Shown here: in pieces, positions 1 to 9,978 of the stretch
Position numbering within the stretch: the first letter of the stretch is position 1
Layout of the letters: each line of letters begins with the position of its first letter
Assembly: GCA_043797085.1 (NCBI GenBank)
Contig: JAZDQA010000008.1
Location: forward strand, 96,001 to 160,000
Length of the DNA: 64,000 bases
Direction of reading: 5' to 3'
DNA from: Pseudomonadota bacterium
GTDB lineage: Bacteria > Campylobacterota > Campylobacteria > Campylobacterales > Sulfurimonadaceae
Program-made: the position numbers and the translations under genes
The notes under the pieces: model-generated
The model's database searches: none
What the model was told of the DNA's origin: nothing
Seen by the model: only the letters and a program-made list of their open reading frames with translations

Positions 1-1
1 T

Positions 2-139
2 CATGAGATTGAAACAATGCAAAAAATGGGAGCAAGTTTTTATTCTGAAAACCGTATTCTGATGGAAAAATCAGCCGGTATTGAAAAAGTATCGAAACTT
101 TTAAAAGAAGAAATTCTAATCCTGCAAAGAAGGAAATAA
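2..139 (+). CDS. 3' end of an upstream CDS (partial, function not assignable)
   Basis: Open frame from the window edge (HEIETMQKMG...LQRRK*), stop at 137-139, 4 nt before the next ATG. Confidence 0.6.
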   Translation, partial: HEIETMQKMGASFYSENRILMEKSAGIEKVSKLLKEEILILQRRK

Positions 140-143
140 TAAC

Positions 144-938
144 ATGGATGAAATAACTTTTTTAAGCCGTAAAATTTTAGATTTGAATAAACAACTCATC
201 GAAAGTGAAAAAGCAAAGTCACGGTTTTTATCCCTGATAGCCAATGAGCTTAACAATCCCATGACAGCGATTTTAGGAATGATACCTCATTTGGCACCTC
301 CTGTTGGGGATGCCAGAGAAGCTATTTTTGATTTAGCACACGAAGAGGTTCTACTGTTAGATTCTCGAATCCAAAATCTTGTTGCTGCTTCTGAAATAGA
401 GAGTGGAAAAATGGACACTACTTACGCACTGGTTGACCCAAAAGTTCTGATCGAAGAAGCACTGGAATCGTTTAAATATCGTATTAAAAATAAAAATATC
501 ACTGTTAAACTTCAGAGCAATTTGGAGGTAAAAATCGTCTCTGACCCCAAAAAACTTTATCTGATTCTCAAAAACGTTTTAGCCAATGCGTGCGATTACG
601 GAGAGGCTGGGGAAATTGTCAATGTTGATATTACACAAAACGATTCCAACCTTATTGTTGAAATCAAAAATCAAGGCACTCTTCCTCACGTAGAGTATAA
701 ACCTCAAATCTTTACCCGTTTTGCCAACGGTCCCCAAGGAGATCACGGTCTGGGTCTTGGATTAAGCATTGCTCGTGAGCTTTGTGAACGATTGGGTGGA
801 AATATCGATTATGATGCACAAGAATCGACAGTAACGTTTACCATGACGTTCCCTCTCCAATCAACACTTCCCGATTCTCAAGCCTGCGGTTCAAATGAAT
901 TTTTATTTGAATCCTTTGATGATGCAATAGAACTCTAA
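144..938 (+). CDS. HisKA/HATPase_c histidine-kinase-like protein; the phosphoacceptor His appears replaced by Asn
   Basis: H-box-like KSRFLSLIANELNNPM, N-box NVLANA, G2 box GLGLGLSI; sits in a che operon. Confidence 0.8.
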   Translation: MDEITFLSRKILDLNKQLIESEKAKSRFLSLIANELNNPMTAILGMIPHLAPPVGDAREAIFDLAHEEVLLLDSRIQNLVAASEIESGKMDTTYALVDPKVLIEEALESFKYRIKNKNITVKLQSNLEVKIVSDPKKLYLILKNVLANACDYGEAGEIVNVDITQNDSNLIVEIKNQGTLPHVEYKPQIFTRFANGPQGDHGLGLGLSIARELCERLGGNIDYDAQESTVTFTMTFPLQSTLPDSQACGSNEFLFESFDDAIEL

Positions 939-1420
939 TGATTCAAGGAACCTCTACCTTTATCCATGTCGGACAGATTCATGTGGACAGCTCACCCGCT
1001 GCGATTTCTACTGTTTTAGGATCGTGTGTTGCGGTATGTTTGTACGATGCTAAACTAGGTATCGGGGGGATGAATCATTATTTGCTCCCATTTTGGAACG
1101 GTAATGGTCTCCAATCACCGAAATTTGGAAATATATCGATTCCAAAACTGATCGAATCGATGTTTTCTCACGGATCGACGCATAGAACGATTCAAGCAAA
1201 AATATTTGGCGGAGCCTCGATGAATATCATGGCAACGGAAGCAATGATGATTGGACAAAAAAACATTTTGGTAGCTAAAGAGATTTTAGATGAGTACAAA
1301 ATCGCCATTGTGGCAGAAGATGTGGGCGGTCAAAACGGTCGAAAGATCCAATTTGATCTGGAACGGGGAAAAGTGCTGTTAAAGTACACTTCTCGCAGTG
1401 ATTGTGGAATAGGGGGATGA
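938..1420 (+). CDS. cheD: Chemoreceptor glutamine deamidase CheD
   Basis: TVLGSCVAVCLYD, GGMNHYLLP, AKIFGGA, EDVGG..GRKI motifs. Confidence 0.93.
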   Translation: MIQGTSTFIHVGQIHVDSSPAAISTVLGSCVAVCLYDAKLGIGGMNHYLLPFWNGNGLQSPKFGNISIPKLIESMFSHGSTHRTIQAKIFGGASMNIMATEAMMIGQKNILVAKEILDEYKIAIVAEDVGGQNGRKIQFDLERGKVLLKYTSRSDCGIGG

Positions 1421-1424
1421 TGGA

Positions 1425-2447
1425 ATGGCAATACGAGTATTGATTGTCGATGACAGTGCTACGGCTCGGGCAGTTTTAAGTGATATTCTAAGTGGCGATC
1501 CGATGATCGAAGTGGTAGGAACAGCGTCCGATGCTTATATCGCACGCGATAAAATCGTTGAGTTGCGTCCCGATGTCATATGTTTGGATGTCGAGATGCC
1601 TCGCATGGATGGGATAACGTTTTTAAAACGACTGATGCACTATATGCCCATTCCGGTGATTATGGTCTCATCGTTGACTCAAGCAGGAGCTAAGACGACG
1701 TTAGAAGCTCTCGAATCAGGAGCCGTGGATTTTGTCCCTAAGCCCCATTCTCATATCTATGACGGCAAAGATGAGATGCGGGATGAGCTGATAGCAAAGA
1801 TAAAAATTGCTTCCCGTGTAAAAGTAAAACAGCATATTCTTCGCAGCACCGCACAAGCCAACACCACTTCGCTTGCAGAAACAACCAATAAGATCTTGGC
1901 GATTGGGGCTTCTACTGGAGGTACCGAAGCACTCAAAGATGTGCTGATGGGACTTCCCCGCAATGCACCGGGCACGATTGTCGTTCAGCACATGCCCGCT
2001 AACTTTACAGGAGCGTTTGCCCAGCGTCTCAACTCACTGTGTGCGATGGAAGTTCGCGAGGCTTGCAATGGTGATTCGATTACGCCGGGATTAGTATTGA
2101 TAGCTCCGGGTGATTATCACATGGTAGTACGCCGTTCAGGTGCTCGTTACTATGTCGAAATCGGAAGTGGTGAAAAAGTATCGGGTCATCGACCATCTGC
2201 TGATGTACTTCTCAATTCGGTCGCTAAAATCGCTGGAGCCAATGCTATTGGCGTTATCCTAACCGGCATGGGCGGTGATGGGGCGAAAGGGCTTTTGGCA
2301 ATGCGCAATGCAGGAGCACGAACGATTGGTCAAGATGAGGCTAGTTGTGTCGTGTACGGTATGCCCAAAGTCGCGTATGAACTGGGAGCAGTCGAAAACC
2401 AACTTCCTCTCTCCAAAATAGCCAATGGTATTCTCGCTGTATTGTAG
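1425..2447 (+). CDS. cheB: Chemotaxis response regulator protein-glutamate methylesterase CheB
   Basis: N-terminal REC domain plus GASTGG, VVQHMP, HRPSAD, LTGMGGDGA. Confidence 0.95.
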   Translation: MAIRVLIVDDSATARAVLSDILSGDPMIEVVGTASDAYIARDKIVELRPDVICLDVEMPRMDGITFLKRLMHYMPIPVIMVSSLTQAGAKTTLEALESGAVDFVPKPHSHIYDGKDEMRDELIAKIKIASRVKVKQHILRSTAQANTTSLAETTNKILAIGASTGGTEALKDVLMGLPRNAPGTIVVQHMPANFTGAFAQRLNSLCAMEVREACNGDSITPGLVLIAPGDYHMVVRRSGARYYVEIGSGEKVSGHRPSADVLLNSVAKIAGANAIGVILTGMGGDGAKGLLAMRNAGARTIGQDEASCVVYGMPKVAYELGAVENQLPLSKIANGILAVL

Positions 2448-2548
2448 TATACTGAGACTGTTTTATGATTTTTATTATCTATGATATGCGTTAAAAATAG
2501 CGACTAAACGTTTTTATCATTTAAGATTTTTTAGAACAGGCAGGGGAC

Positions 2549-3598
2549 ATGATTACGATTAAAAATTTGCAGAAGTTTTCACTTCGATTAAAAATGTTGT
2601 ATGTAGAAGACAACGATTCAGTACGAGAAGAAACGGCCAAGGTCTTTAAACCACTTTTTCAGAGTGTTGATGTAGCTTCAAACGGCAAAGAAGGACTGGA
2701 AAAATACAATAAAGCCCTTTATGATATCGTTATTACCGACATCAATATGCCGATAATGAATGGTATAGATATGATCGAACGTATACGGGAAATAAATCCT
2801 GAGCAAAAAATCATAGCAATTTCAGCACACGACGAAACGACGATACTTCTTAATCTCATTCGCAAAGGGGTGAGCAGTTTTATCATTAAACCTATCAATC
2901 TTGATGACATGCTGACGGTACTTTATCCTGTTTGTCGAGATGCGGATGCACAAAATACGAATATTGAGCTTTTCAATGCACTTCAATCAGAGCGAAAAAA
3001 ACTCAAACAAATGGTTGGGGTGTTGACCTCGTATTTGCATACAGTCGACATCAAAAACGATCAATTGGGAGAACTCTCTACGCAAATGCATACGGAGGAA
3101 AAATCACAGCTTTTAGAAGAATATTTTGCCAACGATGAAGATCAAGGTGATGAAAAAGTTGTTTTCATTTTGGATGATTGTGAGGAAATAAGAGATTTAT
3201 TAAATGAAATTCCTGATGAACTCGCCAACTACACCCAAGATTCTCAGATGCATCATATTCATAGAGTACGTGATGCTATTTCCAAAATATCCAATATTTT
3301 GTTTCGGTACAGCCCATTTTTGGATCCTTTGGCGGAGAGCTTAGAGCGACTTTCCCGTCTTATCGCAGAAGAAAAAGATTTTATTCCAATGCTTGATAGC
3401 AAACCTGATCATATACTTAAACTTTTTGATTCGATTTGTATCGATTTAAGCATTTATGTAAAACGCTTTGCAACTGAGAGTATGGCGATGAAAAACATTC
3501 ACCATATCCATCAACCTACTACTATGAGCATTCAGCAAATTATCACACTTATTTCCCCTGATGAGAATGAGGAGGAGGGTGATATTGAATTTTTTTAA
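2549..3598 (+). CDS. Response regulator (REC plus uncharacterised helical C-terminal domain)
   Basis: LYVEDN, DIVITDINMP, ISAH, KP receiver motifs. Confidence 0.85.
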   Translation: MITIKNLQKFSLRLKMLYVEDNDSVREETAKVFKPLFQSVDVASNGKEGLEKYNKALYDIVITDINMPIMNGIDMIERIREINPEQKIIAISAHDETTILLNLIRKGVSSFIIKPINLDDMLTVLYPVCRDADAQNTNIELFNALQSERKKLKQMVGVLTSYLHTVDIKNDQLGELSTQMHTEEKSQLLEEYFANDEDQGDEKVVFILDDCEEIRDLLNEIPDELANYTQDSQMHHIHRVRDAISKISNILFRYSPFLDPLAESLERLSRLIAEEKDFIPMLDSKPDHILKLFDSICIDLSIYVKRFATESMAMKNIHHIHQPTTMSIQQIITLISPDENEEEGDIEFF

Positions 3599-6158
3599 AA
3601 AATGTGATCCTGTCAGCATAACAGTATTAATCGTTTTAATTGGCTTGCTGAGTTTTATTCGACTCAATGAAGGGTATTTGCCTTTTCATGTTATTGTTGA
3701 ATTATTTGCGGTTATTATAGGCATTATTATTGCGGTTATTGCCTATTATATGCATGCCTTTACCCGAAATAATTTCCTCCTATTTTTAGGTATTGGCTTT
3801 TTCTGGGTTGCTTTTTTAGATCTTTTCCACATGCTCAGTTATCATGGTATGAATCTGTTTTCGTATGTTTTGACACCAAATTCTGCAACAACTTTATGGA
3901 TTTTCGGTCGTATACTGTGGATCATAACAATTTTATTGGCTCCCTTTATTCTTTTTAAGAGAGTATCACCACGTTTTATTTTTAGTGTGATGGGTGCTCT
4001 ATCAATCACTATTTATGTAGCTACCTTTACGGACTCTATGCCACTTATGTACTCTTCGAAAGGGTTAACACCGATGAAAATCGGACTTGAGTACACTGTG
4101 ATATTCTTCTCACTGCTTGCTATGTGGATTTACTATATCAAGCAAAATATCTTTAATCCGATGATGTATCGTATGATTCAGTTATCGTTGATATTTGGGA
4201 TTGCGGCAGAGAGCTGTTTCACCCTCTACACGACTGATGTCTATGGCATTATGAATTTTACAGGACATATTTTCAAATTTCTTTCCTATTGGATGATATT
4301 TCAAGGAATTGTTGTTGCTGCACTCAAAGAGCCTTTTTCGGTGATGGCAAAAGCATCCAATACGTATGATACGATTCCCGTATCCGTTGTGGTTGCGGAT
4401 GCTGAGGGAATAGTCCGTCAGGTCAATCAGGCAACAAGTCGATGTTTTGCTAAATCGTCTGAAGATATGGTGGGACAGGATAATCATGATATTTTGCATC
4501 CTTCTGGCATCGATAAAGACCAGTGTGCCGTGTGTCGCGCCATTGCACTCAAAAAACAAACAACGGTGGAAGTTGCTTTTGGAAAGCAGCACAAACAATA
4601 CACGGTAAGTCCCATAGAAATAGAGGGAAAAGTAACAGGAACACTCCAAATTTGCACCGATATGACAGAGCGTAAAAAGTTTGAAGATGCTCTTTTACAT
4701 GAAAAAGAGACGGCACAAAATTATTTGGACATTGTTGATGTCATGTTACTGGTTATCGATACAGATAAAAAAGTTCAATTACTCAATCGCAGAGGGTGCG
4801 AAATCATCGGTTACGATTTTGATGAAGTTGTTGGTAAAAATTGGATTGAAAACTTTTTGCCTAAACGATTTCGTAATGAGGTAGTAGAAGTAAGCAATCA
4901 ACTTATGAAGTCGGACAAAGTAGCGAGTTACCATGAAAATCAAATTTTAAGAAAAAATGGGGAAGAGCGGCTAATCGCATGGAGAAACACACCTTTATTT
5001 GATCTTGAAAATAACTTTATTGGTATTTTGTGTTCAGGTGATGACGTTACAGACAGACGTAAAGAACAACAACAAATCAAAGAGAGTGAAGAGTTCTATC
5101 GAACCATTTTTTCGTCGGTCAATGAAGGCATTTTAATTCTACAGGATAATATCATCACAGACTGTAATGAGCCGGCATTGGAACTTTTCGAAAAAGAAAG
5201 AGCAGAGCTGATCGGTATGGATATTTTCGATTCGGCAGATAATATTGAGTGTCGTGATAAGAGTCTGGACTTTTACTTAGATACAGCTTATCACGGCTTT
5301 GACTCTATGGCAGAGTGTTCGCTGACATTGCATACAAAGGAAACAAAAGTAGTGGAGTTCACCCTCTCTGGTTTGGAAAATGAAACTGAAAACAAACTCG
5401 TTATGATCGCTCGAGACATGACTAAAAAGATTGAATCCGAAAGATTATTCAATCTTCAGACACGTCAAGCGCAGATGGGAGAGATGATTTCGATGATTGC
5501 TCATCAGTGGCGTCAGCCTCTCGCCATCATAAACGCCATTACCACTCAAATGCGCTTTAAAGAATACATGAATGGGTATGAAGATTCGGTCGAACAAAAC
5601 AATCTAATCAAAATTGAGGAACAGTGTACTCATCTCTCTCAAACCATTTCTGAATACAGAGATTTTTTCCGACCCGATAAACCCAAAGAATATTTTGAAC
5701 TCTCTTTACTTTTGAAGCATGCTCTCCATTTGATTGAACACACGCTCAAAAATCAGGGAATTGAAATTGAAGAAGTGATTCAGGACGATCCTAAGCTTTT
5801 CAGTTATCGAAACGAAATTTTGCAGGTCCTGATTGCTTTGTTAAAAAATTCATTGGATGCCTTTGAAGACAATGAGCTTGAGTACGGAAAAATAGTTATT
5901 ACCTTGAATAGTGATGATACCTACTGTATGTTAAGTATTCATGATAATGCAGGTGGGATTAAACCTGAAAATATGAATAAACTTTTCATCCCTTATTTTA
6001 CGACAAAAAATAAAAACGATGGAACAGGGTTGGGTCTGTATATGAGCAAGATGATTATTCAGGATCATTGTCACGGTATACTAGAGGTGTACACCCAAAA
6101 GAATGAAACAACATTTACCATAAAAATCCCTCATACAAAGGAAGCTCATGATGTTTAA
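3585..6158 (+). CDS. Membrane sensor histidine kinase (MASE3-like TM region, multiple PAS, HisKA-HATPase)
   Basis: Hydrophobic N-terminus with LDLFHMLSY; PAS repeats; MIAHQWRQPL H-box; DNAGG; GTGLGL. Start moved to TTG 3585 after a GGAGGG RBS (ORF track start 3561). Confidence 0.88.
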   Translation: MNFFKKCDPVSITVLIVLIGLLSFIRLNEGYLPFHVIVELFAVIIGIIIAVIAYYMHAFTRNNFLLFLGIGFFWVAFLDLFHMLSYHGMNLFSYVLTPNSATTLWIFGRILWIITILLAPFILFKRVSPRFIFSVMGALSITIYVATFTDSMPLMYSSKGLTPMKIGLEYTVIFFSLLAMWIYYIKQNIFNPMMYRMIQLSLIFGIAAESCFTLYTTDVYGIMNFTGHIFKFLSYWMIFQGIVVAALKEPFSVMAKASNTYDTIPVSVVVADAEGIVRQVNQATSRCFAKSSEDMVGQDNHDILHPSGIDKDQCAVCRAIALKKQTTVEVAFGKQHKQYTVSPIEIEGKVTGTLQICTDMTERKKFEDALLHEKETAQNYLDIVDVMLLVIDTDKKVQLLNRRGCEIIGYDFDEVVGKNWIENFLPKRFRNEVVEVSNQLMKSDKVASYHENQILRKNGEERLIAWRNTPLFDLENNFIGILCSGDDVTDRRKEQQQIKESEEFYRTIFSSVNEGILILQDNIITDCNEPALELFEKERAELIGMDIFDSADNIECRDKSLDFYLDTAYHGFDSMAECSLTLHTKETKVVEFTLSGLENETENKLVMIARDMTKKIESERLFNLQTRQAQMGEMISMIAHQWRQPLAIINAITTQMRFKEYMNGYEDSVEQNNLIKIEEQCTHLSQTISEYRDFFRPDKPKEYFELSLLLKHALHLIEHTLKNQGIEIEEVIQDDPKLFSYRNEILQVLIALLKNSLDAFEDNELEYGKIVITLNSDDTYCMLSIHDNAGGIKPENMNKLFIPYFTTKNKNDGTGLGLYMSKMIIQDHCHGILEVYTQKNETTFTIKIPHTKEAHDV

Positions 6159-7581
6159 AAGCAAGTTGGACCAAATTATAGAATATGCGAAAGGGATGTC
6201 TGTTTTGTACGTTGAAGATGAAGCATTGATACGTGAAAATAATAAATATTTATTGAATACCATTTTTTCAGATGTCCAAACCGCTTCCAATGGAGCTGAG
6301 GGTCTTAAACTTTATGAAAAAAAAGCATTTGATATCGTCATAACTGATATTATCATGCCTGAGATGAACGGTGTAATGATGGTGAAGAAAATAAAAGAGT
6401 TAAATCCAAAACAATCTATCATTATCACTTCCGCATCGGAAGAGAGCGCTCATTTATTAGAACTTATTAATCTAGGAGTAGCAGAATTTCTCCTAAAACC
6501 GATCAAGACTGAACAAATAATTTCGATTCTCAATGAAGTTGTGACCAATATCTACAATCAACGTAAAGTGGATGAGCTAACTGTCCATCTCAAACAAGAG
6601 CTTCTCCATCAAACTACTCTCTTGGAACAATATAAAGAGGTAGTAGACGTATCCACAATCGTGACCAAAACCAATATATATGGAAAAATAATTTACGCGA
6701 ATGATTTGTTTTGTCAGAAAACTCTTTACCGTCCAGATGAAATTATTTCAAAAAGTCATAGGGTTATCCGTCATCCGGAGATGAGTAAAGAGTTTTATCA
6801 AAACCTTTGGGAAACGATTTTAGACAAAAAAATATGGAACGGAAACATTAAAAATATCAAAAAAAATGGTGAAAACTACATTACAGAAACAACCATAAAA
6901 CCTATCTTGGATGAATTTGGATCTATTCTTGAATTTATCAGCATTAGCCATGATGTTACAGAATTGTATGACATTAACGATGAGATATGGCAAACGCAGC
7001 ATGAGATGCTCTCATTGTTAGGTGAAGTAGGGGAGACAAGATCGCAAGAAACGGGTAATCATGTACGGCGCGTGGCAAAATACTCCAAACTTTTAGGTGA
7101 ATTATACGGACTTGATGAGGAACAGATACGCTTGGTTTACAGCGCTGCTCCTATGCACGATATCGGCAAAATTGGAATTGCGGATGCCATTTTGTTAAAA
7201 CCGGGAAAATTGGATTTTAATGAATACGAAGTGATGAAAACGCACAGCAGTATCGGGTATGATATTTTGAAACACTCAACTCGTCCTTTGCTTCAAGCTG
7301 CGGCGATTATCGCCCTCGAACACCATGAAAAGTGGGATGGTTCCGGCTACCCAAATGCGGTGAGTGGCGACAAAATACATATTTATGGACGTATCATTGC
7401 CCTGGCTGATGTGTTCGATGCCTTAAGCTGTGAGCGTGTCTATAAAAAGGCATGGCCTATTGAAAAGATAATCGAGCTGGTTGTCTCTGAGCGAGGATGT
7501 CATTTTGACCCGACACTGGTGGATTTGTTTATGGATAATATAGAAAAGTTTACGGAAATAGCATTTAAATACAAAGATTAG
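6148..7581 (+). CDS. REC-PAS-HD-GYP c-di-GMP phosphodiesterase response regulator
   Basis: REC domain; PAS (HRVIRHP); MHDIGKIG and HHEKWDGSGYP. Confidence 0.9.
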   Translation: MMFKSKLDQIIEYAKGMSVLYVEDEALIRENNKYLLNTIFSDVQTASNGAEGLKLYEKKAFDIVITDIIMPEMNGVMMVKKIKELNPKQSIIITSASEESAHLLELINLGVAEFLLKPIKTEQIISILNEVVTNIYNQRKVDELTVHLKQELLHQTTLLEQYKEVVDVSTIVTKTNIYGKIIYANDLFCQKTLYRPDEIISKSHRVIRHPEMSKEFYQNLWETILDKKIWNGNIKNIKKNGENYITETTIKPILDEFGSILEFISISHDVTELYDINDEIWQTQHEMLSLLGEVGETRSQETGNHVRRVAKYSKLLGELYGLDEEQIRLVYSAAPMHDIGKIGIADAILLKPGKLDFNEYEVMKTHSSIGYDILKHSTRPLLQAAAIIALEHHEKWDGSGYPNAVSGDKIHIYGRIIALADVFDALSCERVYKKAWPIEKIIELVVSERGCHFDPTLVDLFMDNIEKFTEIAFKYKD

Positions 7582-7592
7582 AAAGGGCAACA

Positions 7593-8273
7593 GTGGCAAA
7601 ATTTAACGAATTTAAAAATCTATCTGTATTGTATGCCGAAGACAATACAGCCCTGCGAGAGATAACCGAAAAAACGTTACAGCTGGTAGTCGGTAAAGTT
7701 TACTCTGTAGCCGATGGGGTGCAAGCGTTAAATATCTATAAAAATAACCCCATTGATATTGTCATTCTTGACATACACATGGGCAGTTTCAGCGGTATTG
7801 AGGTTGCAAAAAAGATTCGTGAAGAGAATGATAAAGTACCCATCGTCATCGTATCAGGATCCATAGCAACTGAAGATTTACTGGCAGCATGCAAACTTAA
7901 TTTGGTTGATTATATTCATAAACCCATCGAGTTTAATGCCTTGGTAAAAGTACTCTATTCAGCCGTAGACAAGCTTCAATCTCACGGGCTACTTCTTGCA
8001 AAAATCAACGATAACGTATCGTACGATTATTTTGCCAAAGCTTTTATCAACTCAAAAGGGGTAAAAATACCTTTGACAAAAAATGAGATACATGCAATTG
8101 AATTGCTCCTCTCAAATCGCGGACAAATTATCCCTTATGAATCATTTTCTCAAGAGTTAGATGACGTAATAACAGACGGTGCATTAAAAAATCTCATTCT
8201 TAGAGTTCGTAAAAAAATGGGTGACGACAGTAATCTCATCAATTTATCCAAGATCGGATATTCAATAGTTTAA
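7593..8273 (+). CDS. OmpR/PhoB-family response regulator
   Basis: REC domain plus winged-helix C-terminus (LTKNE...LKNLILRVRKK...IGY). Confidence 0.85.
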   Translation: MAKFNEFKNLSVLYAEDNTALREITEKTLQLVVGKVYSVADGVQALNIYKNNPIDIVILDIHMGSFSGIEVAKKIREENDKVPIVIVSGSIATEDLLAACKLNLVDYIHKPIEFNALVKVLYSAVDKLQSHGLLLAKINDNVSYDYFAKAFINSKGVKIPLTKNEIHAIELLLSNRGQIIPYESFSQELDDVITDGALKNLILRVRKKMGDDSNLINLSKIGYSIV

Positions 8274-8292
8274 GAAGTGTGTTGAGTAGGGA

Positions 8293-8310
8293 TAGTACCA
8301 TAAGGTACTA
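8293..8310. terminator. Hairpin between convergent genes, possible bidirectional terminator
   Basis: TAGTACC-ATAA-GGTACTA perfect 7-bp stem. Confidence 0.35.
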
Positions 8311-8330
8311 CATTACTTATAATTCAATGG

Positions 8331-8726
8331 CTAGCTCGATGGTGTATCAACCGCCGTATAGAATGTATTGGTTTTAGACGTCGTTCGTGGTGCGGGTTGT
8401 GCTAGGGCTGTTTCATCTTTTTCTCCTGTACGGATACGTTCCACTTCCAGTACCGGTGTGACCCACATTTTACCGGCACCGTGACCCAAGTCTTGTGTGT
8501 GTGCTCGAATACATTCCATCGCAGTTGCTTTATGTGCATCATCAGAGACAACGATTAAAAGCATCACTTTTGGGAACAAATCGGGTGCGTTGTTTTTCTC
8601 CGCGATTCCCAGTGATCCTTTTCCGACAACATCCATGACGGTAACCCCTTCGATCTCATTATCAAAAAGCTCTCGTAATACATCATTAAGACAGTGACGG
8701 TTGAAAACGGCTGTAATTTGAAACAT
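8331..8726 (-). CDS. Atypical P-II family nitrogen regulatory protein
   Basis: GVTVMDVVGKG, PKVML.IVV, GAGKMWVTPV..VERIRTGE; short T-loop with no Tyr. Confidence 0.85.
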   Translation of the reverse strand: MFQITAVFNRHCLNDVLRELFDNEIEGVTVMDVVGKGSLGIAEKNNAPDLFPKVMLLIVVSDDAHKATAMECIRAHTQDLGHGAGKMWVTPVLEVERIRTGEKDETALAQPAPRTTSKTNTFYTAVDTPSS

Positions 8727-8762
8727 AGTAAATCCTTTAAAAATTCAAGATATTTACTTCCC

Positions 8763-8777
8763 TGCATATTTTGTTCT
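8763..8777 (-). promoter_or_regulatory. Non-canonical sigma54-like -24/-12 motif for the P-II gene
   Basis: AG-AACAAAATAT-GC-A, 36 nt before the ATG. Confidence 0.6.
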
Positions 8778-8838
8778 CAATGTTTTGTACGACAAAAATG
8801 TCGTTATATTACGCATTATTAAATAATCACACCGTTTT

Positions 8839-8912
8839 CGTCATTCCCGCGAAGGCGGGAATCCAGCTTTGCTTAGAGGAGATGGATCCCCGTGTCAAGC
8901 ACGAGGATGACG
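8839..8912 (+). repeat. CGTC-tagged composite palindromic (REP/dRS3-like) element
   Basis: CGTCATTCCCGCGAAGGCGGGAATCC...TGGATCCCCGTGTCAAGCACGAGGATGACG; inverted copy at 12765-12853. Confidence 0.85.
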
Positions 8913-8949
8913 AGCGATCAAGGTTGATGACGCTTGGTATTATTAGTCA

Positions 8950-8964
8950 AGAACACCATTTGCA
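8950..8964 (+). promoter_or_regulatory. Non-canonical sigma54-like motif for the nifU operon
   Basis: AG-AACACCATTT-GC-A, 36 nt before the ATG. Confidence 0.65.
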
Positions 8965-9000
8965 ATATGTCGGATAATATCATCCATCAAGGAGCAATCA

Positions 9001-9978
9001 ATGGCACGAGACACATTAATCGGCGGAGCATTATGGGAAGAATACTCATTAGAGGTTCAACGACGTATGAACGATCCTATCAATATGGGAGAGATCACTC
9101 AAGAAGAGGCGGATGCGGCTCAAAAACAACTTATTATTGCTGATTTTGGTGCGGAGAGCTGTGGGGATGCTGTACGGTTGTACTGGATGATTGATCCTAA
9201 AAACGATGTTATCATTAAAAGCCGTTTTAAAAGCTTCGGATGCGGTACTGCGATAGCAAGCTCCGATATGATGGCTGAACTATGTATGGATAAAACAGTA
9301 GATGAGGCGTTAAAAATCACCAATATCGATGTGGAAAAAGCGCTTCGGGATGAGGAAGATATTCCAGCAGTACCTGGGCAAAAAATGCACTGTTCGGTTA
9401 TGGCGTACGACGTTATCAAAAAAGCGGCATCCATCTACAAAGGGGTGGATATGTCAGAGTTTGAGACAGAATTTATCGTCTGCGAATGCGCACGTGTCAG
9501 TCTCGACACCCTCAAAGAGGTGATTAAACTCAACAAACTTGACTCCATCGAAGCCATTACCGACTATACCAAAGCGGGCGGTTTTTGTAAATCGTGTATC
9601 AAGCCGGGAGGTCATGAGAAAAAAGATGTTTATCTCGTAGACATGCTCGCAGAAATCCAAGGTGAACTTGCCAAAGAGGCAATCAGCAAAAAAATCAAAG
9701 AGGCAAAAGGGGATGGAAATTTCAATGCGATGAGTTTGGTTCAAAAACTCCGCAGTATCGAATCAATCCTCGAAGAGTACATTCGTCCAACACTTAAAGC
9801 CGATCACGGAGATGTCGAAGTCATCGATCTCAAAGAAGTAGAAGACGGCCATGAGCTTTACATCCAGTATAAAGGTGAATGTATGAGCTGTTCGATGAAC
9901 ACAACAACAACCCTTGCCGGAATGCAGGATATGTTGAACTTTAAACTCAAATCAAACTTGCGCGTGATGGTCGTCTAA
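9001..9978 (+). CDS. nifU: Fe-S cluster scaffold NifU (three domains)
   Basis: IscU-like ESCGD/FGCG/HCS cysteines; BFD-like CEC...CKSC; NifU_C DHGDVE...CMSC. Confidence 0.92.
   Translation: MARDTLIGGALWEEYSLEVQRRMNDPINMGEITQEEADAAQKQLIIADFGAESCGDAVRLYWMIDPKNDVIIKSRFKSFGCGTAIASSDMMAELCMDKTVDEALKITNIDVEKALRDEEDIPAVPGQKMHCSVMAYDVIKKAASIYKGVDMSEFETEFIVCECARVSLDTLKEVIKLNKLDSIEAITDYTKAGGFCKSCIKPGGHEKKDVYLVDMLAEIQGELAKEAISKKIKEAKGDGNFNAMSLVQKLRSIESILEEYIRPTLKADHGDVEVIDLKEVEDGHELYIQYKGECMSCSMNTTTTLAGMQDMLNFKLKSNLRVMVV

Noticed and set aside
8800..8830. ModE-like box (CGTTATAT half-site)
   Set aside because: The second half-site is missing.
8771..8977. 68-aa ORF containing VIPAKAGIQ
   Set aside because: It is the translation of the CGTC repeat and promoter region, not a gene.
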